Assembly: GCA_964637235.1 (NCBI GenBank)
Contig: CAZWVR010000004.1
Coordinates: forward strand, 1-49,112
DNA from: an uncultured Bacteroidales bacterium
Lineage (GTDB): Bacteria > Bacteroidota > Bacteroidia > Bacteroidales > S143-33
DNA length: 49,112 nt
Direction of reading: 5' to 3'
The notes beneath the pieces were generated by a model, which ran no database searches, was not told the DNA's origin, and saw nothing but the letters and a program-made list of their open reading frames with translations. Below, piece after piece: positions 8,404 through 15,636 of this stretch. The translations under genes were made by a program, and so were the position numbers. Position 1 is the stretch's first letter. Each line of letters begins with the position of its first letter.

Positions 8404-11400
8404 ATGTATCAACTTCAAGCAGGGTATTTTTCACAAGCACTTTTAGAGAATTTTAAAAATGATATATACTCCCATTACATTGAGAGTATTATAAAATATC
8501 TGTCTTATTTTGAAGTTCAGAGTAATAAAAATTTAGATATATCCGAGGACGCTGACCCTGCTGCTGTTATTGTTAATAATATTATATCAAGAGGTTTGCC
8601 TACTATTCCTTCTTGTTTTGTGGAGGACTTACTTTCAACCACTTTTCTTAAAACTAAGAAAAAGAACTACGGTATAAGTTTTAAATATGAATTTATAAAT
8701 GATGAACTTAGAGAATTGATTCTGAGAGCATTATTTATTATAGATCCGCGTTTGACAGCTAATAAACTTAAAGAGGTTATTAATTTTACTGATGAAGAAG
8801 CGCAGTTAAAACAAAAGTTTTTATTTGAATTTATACCCGTAGAAATAGGAGAATATTTTATTCAATTATTGTCAATCAATCGAAGCTTAAAATCTGTTTT
8901 TGAGCATACATCAATAGCATCACAGATGAATGTAGAAGTTTTTGACGAAATTATTGATTTTGCAATAGAAAATCCTTTTGTAGAAAATGATGTCAAAGGA
9001 TTACTTATTGATTTGAAAAAGTATGAGCCGATAGAAAATATTGATTATCTACAAGAGGAAAAGAAAAATGAATTATTGAGGAAAATAAATTGGAAGGGTA
9101 TTTTAAGAATAACAGATACTTCCACGGCAGATGAAAATGCTCAGGAAGTTATTAATTTTACTTTTTCAAAATATTTTGATTTTCTCCGAAAAAATTTTAC
9201 AAGTCCTTTATACAGAACACAAGCCGGTCTTGATGCATTACAGCTTGCTTTAACTCCTTTGGAAATAGCAAGAATTCAAAAAATTATTGTTTCTTTGATA
9301 CTCTCTGGAAATCTTTCTTTGAATGCAGATGAATGGAAAATAGCAATAATTGAACGAGATATTCCCGGCGCTTTTATTGCTTTGGAGGATCTAAAACAGC
9401 ATTTCAATCGTCTTTTTTTATTGGAAGGTAAAGGTAGAAAATTCCCGAAAATTGATTTGACAATATATTATGAAGAGGATTTTGAAAATGCAGAGCTGAA
9501 TATTCTTTATCAAGGAAAAATTTTTCCTATAGCAGAGTTTGACGATAGCCAAAACTATGATCTGATTATAGATAGCTCAATATTTCGTAGAGCCAATTTT
9601 GATATTTCTCAGACGCCTCAGAACGCCTCTGTAGTAATAAAAAGCAGAAGTAGTGAATTTGTTCGTTCTGTTCGTTATTTCCCAACTGCTGAAAATATTG
9701 CTTATGAATTTTCTATCAATAAGGATAGAAAGCAAACAGAAGAAATAAAAGCTACATTGAACTTTTTTTTAAGGAATATTTTTCGCCAAAGCAGCTTTTC
9801 TTATCAACAGTTTATTTTCTTAGAAAAAGCTCTTAAACTTAATAATACTCTGGCAAATTTGCCTTTTACTGCTTCTAAAACCCTTTTATATCAGCTTACT
9901 TCCCTTTTACAGCCGGGACTTAGTATTATTATTACTCCCGTTGATGCCTTGATGAAAGATCAAATTGATAATCTGAGAAATTACTATATTGATGCTGTTT
10001 CTTATTTTTCTCCTGCAACAACTGATATATACGAAAGATATAAAGCTCTTTCCAAATTTAAAAATGCACAATCTATATTCAATTTTATTGATGCAGATAG
10101 ATTTCATCTTTTTGAAGTACGAGAAATTTTTAACTCATTTAAAATCAATAATTATCACATAAGCTACTTTGTAATAGATGAAGCTCATTGTATATCTGAG
10201 TGGTCTCACGATTTTAGATATGTCTATGGAGCTTTACCCTCTAATATTGCTAAACTCAATTATGATAATGCTTCTATTATAGCTTTAACTGCTACTGCAT
10301 CTTATGACGTCATTTTTGAGTTGAAGCAGAAATTAAATATTAAAGATGAAAATGTCCTGCAAATTGAAAATGATTTTTCTCGGTTTAATTTTAAATTTAT
10401 TAAAATAAATTATTCTTCTGAACCTCAATCTGCTGAATATCTTGCAAGCGAATTGAGAATAAAAAAACAAGATCAGTTGCTTAAATATGTGAGAGGGCAG
10501 AAAAAAACTTTGGTATACCATTATGCCCCTTTGGCTTTTAAAAATGCTTTATTGAACCTAAATCCTGATGAGAAAGCAGATGTTTTTTGCGGAAGTTTCT
10601 TTGAAAAAGGTATTATTATAAGTGCTCTTACAGCCAAAAAATCTTTTTATAATTACCTTAAATTTAAAAATAATGAACTTGATATTTTAATTGCCAGAAA
10701 TTCTTTTGGCATCGGAATGAATAAAACAGATATTCGTAAAATATATTTTTCAGATTTTCCTTTTTCTATTGAGGAATTTATCCAGCAAATAAATAGAGGC
10801 GGACGAGATAGACAGCAGGTGGATATTTTTATTTTCTACTCACCTTCTCCTATTCAAATGAAATTAGTTCACTATAATGTAGATGAAGCGAAAGTGGAAA
10901 AGAATGTTGTTCAACAAGAAAGTCCAGCAGAATTTGCTATTTATAATACAATGTCTAACACGATATACCTTAATCCTTTAAAGGAGAATATCATTGTAAA
11001 TGAATTGCTTAATTTTATTACCTATCCTACCGAACAAATTCAAGATATTCTTATCCGTAGAATTAAATATCAATTTGATCTCTGGATAACTCTTTTGCCT
11101 CAACCTATTATAAATCCTAATATGCTTTATGTTTATGATGAACATAATCAAAGCCTCGGATATATTGATTTTACAGAGGATAAGATTGTTATCGAAGCTC
11201 CTGCACATAAACGTGAGCTCGCCGAAAAAGTCCTTTATTTCCTTAAATATGATATTGAAAAAATTGTGGATAACGGCATTGAAATTTTTAAATTTTTAGA
11301 TGAGGAAATTTCAAATTCTCCTGTGGAAGGTATTGCTAAGCAGCTTCTAAATATGAATATAGGTGAACAGAGAAGTCTTACTATTGAATTTTACAATAAT

Positions 11401-12405
11401 GTCCATACGCTTTTGCAAAAAAGACTACTTCAAAGTTTTGATAAGACTATTTCTTTTAATCAGATTATTGATATTTATGAAAATTCTTATGATTTCTCTC
11501 AGTTCTTAAAAAAATTAGAATGGAAAATAAACTTGAAGCTGGATAAATACCCTGATGTTATAGAAATCGCTCGTGAGGTATTTTTAAAGTTTAGAAATTT
11601 TAATCAGACCCTTTTTGCATTATATCGTCTTATGAGTGTTGGTATTATTGACGATTTTATTATTGACTATCATAATCAACAATTTACTGTAATTTTTACA
11701 AAGAAAACTGACACCGAAATAATCAATAATGTTCATAAAAAAATTAAGGCTTTTATCACAAAAAATAAAACCTTTGAGGTTTATGAAAAAATACCAAAAG
11801 CCAAAGGTTATACAATAGCTGAAAAAGCTGTAAATTATTACATTGCTTTTGTACATAATTTTATTTATAAAAAACGCACAAAAGCTTTTGATGTGTTTTG
11901 GGATATTGCTGTAAATATTTCAAATTCTGATGATCTAAAAGAATTTAAAAGCTTTCTTTATAATTACTTTACTGCCAGATATTTAACTGTTTTAAGAAAT
12001 AATTTGCAATATGATTTTGAATTTGTTAAAAATATTCTTCAATCTATGGATTATTATATAGACAATTTTAAACATCTTTATAAATCTGCTTCTATTTTGC
12101 TGAATACAAATCCTGCCAATATCAATCTTTTATTTATAAAAGGGCTCACAGAGATAATTTTAAATTCTGATTCTAATGATAAAATATTGCAAGGAATTTC
12201 AATTATTGCAGAGGCGATAAATTATTTGCGTTTTAATGAAAAAGATATTGATATTCAAAATGTTATCTCTTGGATCTTAAATTTTATTTCTCAGCATAAT
12301 TTAGAACTTAAAGATAAAATTGAACCATTGTTAATACTAAAAATCCATACTGAGTGGATTACAGAATTTAATGCTTTAATTAAAAAACGTTTTTATAAAA
12401 GTTAA
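8404..12405 (+). CDS. giant RecQ-family (SF2, DEAH) helicase-like protein with degenerate Walker A and large N- and C-terminal extensions
   Basis: 1333-aa ORF. The central core aligns with RecQ: SIIITPVDALMKDQIDNL (motif Ia), FVIDEAHCISEWSHDFR (motif II, DEAH at nt 10177-10188), IALTATAS (motif III), FGIGMNKTDIRKIY and QQINRGGRD (motifs V/VI). Motif I reads PFTASKT (nt 9862-9882) instead of PTGGGKS. Confidence 0.75.
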   Translation: MYQLQAGYFSQALLENFKNDIYSHYIESIIKYLSYFEVQSNKNLDISEDADPAAVIVNNIISRGLPTIPSCFVEDLLSTTFLKTKKKNYGISFKYEFINDELRELILRALFIIDPRLTANKLKEVINFTDEEAQLKQKFLFEFIPVEIGEYFIQLLSINRSLKSVFEHTSIASQMNVEVFDEIIDFAIENPFVENDVKGLLIDLKKYEPIENIDYLQEEKKNELLRKINWKGILRITDTSTADENAQEVINFTFSKYFDFLRKNFTSPLYRTQAGLDALQLALTPLEIARIQKIIVSLILSGNLSLNADEWKIAIIERDIPGAFIALEDLKQHFNRLFLLEGKGRKFPKIDLTIYYEEDFENAELNILYQGKIFPIAEFDDSQNYDLIIDSSIFRRANFDISQTPQNASVVIKSRSSEFVRSVRYFPTAENIAYEFSINKDRKQTEEIKATLNFFLRNIFRQSSFSYQQFIFLEKALKLNNTLANLPFTASKTLLYQLTSLLQPGLSIIITPVDALMKDQIDNLRNYYIDAVSYFSPATTDIYERYKALSKFKNAQSIFNFIDADRFHLFEVREIFNSFKINNYHISYFVIDEAHCISEWSHDFRYVYGALPSNIAKLNYDNASIIALTATASYDVIFELKQKLNIKDENVLQIENDFSRFNFKFIKINYSSEPQSAEYLASELRIKKQDQLLKYVRGQKKTLVYHYAPLAFKNALLNLNPDEKADVFCGSFFEKGIIISALTAKKSFYNYLKFKNNELDILIARNSFGIGMNKTDIRKIYFSDFPFSIEEFIQQINRGGRDRQQVDIFIFYSPSPIQMKLVHYNVDEAKVEKNVVQQESPAEFAIYNTMSNTIYLNPLKENIIVNELLNFITYPTEQIQDILIRRIKYQFDLWITLLPQPIINPNMLYVYDEHNQSLGYIDFTEDKIVIEAPAHKRELAEKVLYFLKYDIEKIVDNGIEIFKFLDEEISNSPVEGIAKQLLNMNIGEQRSLTIEFYNNVHTLLQKRLLQSFDKTISFNQIIDIYENSYDFSQFLKKLEWKINLKLDKYPDVIEIAREVFLKFRNFNQTLFALYRLMSVGIIDDFIIDYHNQQFTVIFTKKTDTEIINNVHKKIKAFITKNKTFEVYEKIPKAKGYTIAEKAVNYYIAFVHNFIYKKRTKAFDVFWDIAVNISNSDDLKEFKSFLYNYFTARYLTVLRNNLQYDFEFVKNILQSMDYYIDNFKHLYKSASILLNTNPANINLLFIKGLTEIILNSDSNDKILQGISIIAEAINYLRFNEKDIDIQNVISWILNFISQHNLELKDKIEPLLILKIHTEWITEFNALIKKRFYKS

Positions 12406-12560
12406 ATCTCCCTGTTAATTTTATCTGCAAATGATGGGCAAAATAAATAGGGGTAGAATTTTTGGGTTATTCAAAAAGTTAAGGGTATGGCAGATTTTAT
12501 GATATTTAGTTTGTGATAGAGGAAAAAAATTAAACCAAGGGTCTATCCTAAAAAGCCACG

Positions 12561-12582
12561 GAGGCGCCTTTTTAGACGCCCC
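12561..12582 (-). terminator. GC hairpin downstream of kbl
   Basis: The - strand reads GGGGCGTC-TAAAAA-GGCGCCTC (8 bp including two G-U pairs), followed 6 nt later by CTTTTT. It lies 7 nt after the kbl stop. Confidence 0.5.
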
Positions 12583-12588
12583 CTTAAT

Positions 12589-13788
12589 TTATTTAATCAC
12601 ACCGAATTCTTTGCCTACTTTTATGAATGCTTCGATGGCTTTATCCAGATGTTCTTTTTCATGGGCAGCTGAGAGTTGAACACGTATTCTTGCTTCGCCC
12701 TTAGGTACTACTGGATAGAAAAATCCTATTACATAAATTCCTTCGTCAAGCAGACGTGCTGCAAAATCTTGGGAAAGTTTAGCGTCGTATAGCATTATAG
12801 CTACAATTGCCGATTGGGTGGGTTTTATATCAAAACCAGCTTTGCTTATTTTTTCTTTAAAATATTCTGCGTTCCACATTAGTTTATCTCTTAATGCAGT
12901 AGTCTCATTAAGCATATTAAAGACTTCAATAGCTGCACCGACAATCATAGGTGAAAGTGCATTAGAAAATAGATATGGTCGTGAGCGTTGGCGCAACATT
13001 TCAATGATTTCTTTTCTGCCAGTAGTGAAGCCGCCCATTGCTCCTCCGAGAGCTTTACCTAAGGTGCTGGTTAATATATCTATTTCACCCATTACATTAT
13101 GATATTCTGGCGTTCCTTTACCATGTTTTCCTATAAATCCTGAGGCATGGCTGTCGTCAACCATTACCAAAGCATCGTATTTTTTTGCTAATCTTACTAT
13201 TTCTGGCAGATTAGCTATATCGCCGTCCATAGAGAATACTCCGTCCGTTGCAATTATTTTAAATCTGGCTCCATCGGCATTTGCTTTTTGCAGTTGTACT
13301 TCTAAGTCTGCCATGTCTGCGTGCTTAAATCTGTATCTTTTAGCTTTACATAAACGAACTCCGTCAATTATAGATGCATGGTTTAATTGGTCTGAGATAA
13401 TTGCGTCTGCTTCGTTAAATAAAGGCTCAAATACTCCTCCGTTTGCATCAAAAGCTGCTGCATATAAGATTGCATCGTCCATTCCGAAAAATTCTGCTAT
13501 TTTGCTTTCTAATTCTTTGTGAATATCTTGCGTACCGCATATAAAACGAACTGAGGACATTCCATATCCGTGTGTGTCCAATGCTCGTTTTGCAGCTTCA
13601 ATCACTCTTGGGTGTGAGGAGAGCCCAAGATAATTGTTTGAGCAGAAATTAAGAACTTTTCTGCCATCTGCAAGGGTAATTTCTGCTCCTTGCGGGGATG
13701 TGATTATTCTCTCTTCTTTGTATAAACCCGCTTTTTTAATACTTTGTATTTCATCAAAGAGAAATTGTTTAAATTTAGGACTGTACAT
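12589..13788 (-). CDS. kbl: glycine C-acetyltransferase (2-amino-3-ketobutyrate CoA ligase)
   Basis: 399-aa ORF with the class-II aminotransferase/alpha-oxoamine synthase layout: NNYLGLSSHP, DDSHASGFIG, and the PLP-lysine region TSTLGKALGG. The N-terminus (LYKEERIITSPQGAEI) matches Kbl. Confidence 0.85.
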   Translation of the reverse strand: MYSPKFKQFLFDEIQSIKKAGLYKEERIITSPQGAEITLADGRKVLNFCSNNYLGLSSHPRVIEAAKRALDTHGYGMSSVRFICGTQDIHKELESKIAEFFGMDDAILYAAAFDANGGVFEPLFNEADAIISDQLNHASIIDGVRLCKAKRYRFKHADMADLEVQLQKANADGARFKIIATDGVFSMDGDIANLPEIVRLAKKYDALVMVDDSHASGFIGKHGKGTPEYHNVMGEIDILTSTLGKALGGAMGGFTTGRKEIIEMLRQRSRPYLFSNALSPMIVGAAIEVFNMLNETTALRDKLMWNAEYFKEKISKAGFDIKPTQSAIVAIMLYDAKLSQDFAARLLDEGIYVIGFFYPVVPKGEARIRVQLSAAHEKEHLDKAIEAFIKVGKEFGVIK

Positions 13789-13869
13789 AGCTGAAAGTTT
13801 TTTCTTTGTAAAGATAATAAAAACTCTTGGGATGGCAATATTTTTTGCAATAATTTTTGATTTTCTTTT

Positions 13870-13903
13870 GTAAAAAAGAACGACAGCCTAAGCTGCCGTT
13901 CTT
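13870..13903 (-). terminator. intrinsic terminator after the AlaDH/PNT-family gene
   Basis: 12-bp stem (13876-13887 / 13892-13903, one mismatch) with a 4-nt loop. On the - strand it is followed by TTTTT(A). Confidence 0.6.
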
Positions 13904-13940
13904 TTAATATGCTTGTATAGAAATTATATTTTTGTCGAAA

Positions 13941-15155
13941 TTATGAGTTAACCCATTCATTTAAATAAGCAAATTTTTCCGTCAGTTTTCCATTTTTTAG
14001 TATTGTAGCTCTTTGGAGAATGCCGTCTTTATCGCCGTTGAAAAATGCGGGGATAACCTTTTCTACGAGAGCTTCGCTGAATGCTTCTGATGCGTCTCGT
14101 GGAAGTTCGCCCGGAAGGTTATCTACTGCCATAACAGTAATATTTTCTGGTGATGAAAAGGGTGGCTCTTCTTTATGTGTTTTAGGGTTGTAATCATAAA
14201 AAGGTTCGGCAATTGAGCTTGCTCTGATTGTAGTTGCTATGGGTCCATTATCTACGTCGCAGCTAATATCGGCAATCACTTTAATGTTAAATTTGGGATT
14301 TTCTACCATTTCTCGGGTTATAAATTTAGGAGAAAGTGGATTCCAAAAGTGGGCAGCAATATACATATCTGCGATGCGTGTATATGGTTCAAATGTGGAT
14401 ACATATTCCTCTGGATGTTTAAAGAAATGCCACAGGTCAAATTCTTTGCCTTCTTTATGTCTGACGTAATGGGCAGGGTCTAAGCGAGTAAAAACAGGGT
14501 AGTCAAATTTTTCTATCAAAAACAGTTCTGGTATAACTTCTTTTATGCCGAAGTTTTGCAGTGTTTCAGCAGCACCTGTTGCCACGCGTCCGCCACCTGT
14601 AATAACTATTTTCATAGGTTTGGGTCTGATATTTTTTATATGTCCATACATTTGTTTTTTATCGTGGAAGGTATGTGCTGGTGGAATATTAAACTCCTTG
14701 AATTTCAATCCCCAAGCACGCATACCGTTGTATGCACCTACAACGCCTGCCCAATATCCGAAAGCTACTAATCGGCGGTTATTTTCGTCTGTCAAATATT
14801 CATAGTCTATAAGTGTTATTTTTTGCCGTATCATTTCTTTTAGTAGTTCTTTGTTGTGTTCTTGTTTTTTGGCTACGTGAGCGAAAATCATATATGTTTT
14901 TTCAGGAACAAAAGTGCCTATTTTTACCTCTTTTACTCCCATTAAAATATCGCAATTAGAGACATCATCTGTTAAAGGAAGTCCTACTGCTTGATATTCT
15001 TCATCTTTGAATGCTCTAAGATTACTTTTTTGGATAAAAACTTCTGCCTCTGGGAAATTTTCAAGCAACTTTTTTGCAGTTTTAGGAGTCAAAGGAGTGC
15101 GTCTGTCAGGGGGAGTTTTGGTTTCTTTTATAACAGCAAATTTAATTTTTGACAT
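13941..15155 (-). CDS. AlaDH/PNT-family NAD(P)-dependent dehydrogenase (lysine-ketoglutarate reductase / saccharopine dehydrogenase-like)
   Basis: 404-aa ORF. The N-terminal domain (IKETKTPPDRRTPLTP...ILMGVKEV) and Rossmann motif VITGGGRVATGAAE resemble the LKR/alanine dehydrogenase N-terminal family. The substrate cannot be assigned. Confidence 0.55.
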   Translation of the reverse strand: MSKIKFAVIKETKTPPDRRTPLTPKTAKKLLENFPEAEVFIQKSNLRAFKDEEYQAVGLPLTDDVSNCDILMGVKEVKIGTFVPEKTYMIFAHVAKKQEHNKELLKEMIRQKITLIDYEYLTDENNRRLVAFGYWAGVVGAYNGMRAWGLKFKEFNIPPAHTFHDKKQMYGHIKNIRPKPMKIVITGGGRVATGAAETLQNFGIKEVIPELFLIEKFDYPVFTRLDPAHYVRHKEGKEFDLWHFFKHPEEYVSTFEPYTRIADMYIAAHFWNPLSPKFITREMVENPKFNIKVIADISCDVDNGPIATTIRASSIAEPFYDYNPKTHKEEPPFSSPENITVMAVDNLPGELPRDASEAFSEALVEKVIPAFFNGDKDGILQRATILKNGKLTEKFAYLNEWVNS

Positions 15156-15205
15156 AATTTAATTTTTTTATGGTTAGAAACTTGGCAAATATATAAAAAA
15201 AGAAT

Positions 15206-15213
15206 TATATTTG
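15206..15213 (+). promoter_or_regulatory. -7 promoter box (TAnnTTTG) for ssrA
   Basis: TATATTTG ends 12 nt before the GGGGCTG 5' end of the tmRNA. Confidence 0.5.
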
Positions 15214-15225
15214 TAATCCCGATAA

Positions 15226-15622
15226 GGGGCTGACGTGGATTTGACAGCAGATAGGGTTGTCTACCTGCATGCCGGGGTAGGTAAGCGTCCCGTAAAAATC
15301 GCTTACAGAACAAATAAGTGCCAACGAAGGTACATATGCTCTCGCTGCCTAATTAGGCTATAACCGACCACCGGAATGGTGGCGGAGCGAGCATCCCGGC
15401 AAGTGAGGTTCGCCTGTACCGAGCTTGCCAATGGGGTGTCATAGAAAAAACAGGCTGGTGCAGATGTGCCGCGTCATCTGCACGAGATTTCAAATCGCGG
15501 CTGTGGAGACGGCTATGGGTGCGCTTCCGACCCGGTCGCCTCCGAGAACAAACAGGAAGCTAAGCATGTAGACGGTAGGCAGCCCGTCTGTTTGGACCGG
15601 GGTTCGACTCCCCGCAGCTCCA
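15226..15622 (+). ncRNA. ssrA: transfer-messenger RNA (tmRNA)
   Basis: 5' GGGGCTGACG pairs with 3' CAGCTCC plus discriminator A. There is a tRNA-like T-arm (GGGGTTCGACTCCCC) and the conserved GCTAAGCATGTAGA block. The tag reading frame is 15320-15352: GCC AAC GAA GGT ACA TAT GCT CTC GCT GCC TAA = ANEGTYALAA*. Confidence 0.93.
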
Positions 15623-15636
15623 CTAAAAACCTGAGT

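Noticed and set aside
12406-12560. A 155-nt gap between the convergent helicase-like gene and kbl, considered as a possible sRNA or tRNA locus.
   Set aside because: There is no stable structure, promoter box or conserved motif apart from the kbl-proximal hairpin, which is already annotated.
15466-15636. The ORF-track start at 15466 gives an 895-aa protein with a 57-aa N-terminal extension (MPRHLHEISNRGCGDGYG...).
   Set aside because: These codons lie inside the tmRNA gene (15226-15622), in its GC-rich pseudoknot and T-arm region. The in-frame ATG at 15637 yields a normal signal peptide, so the extension is a read-through artefact.
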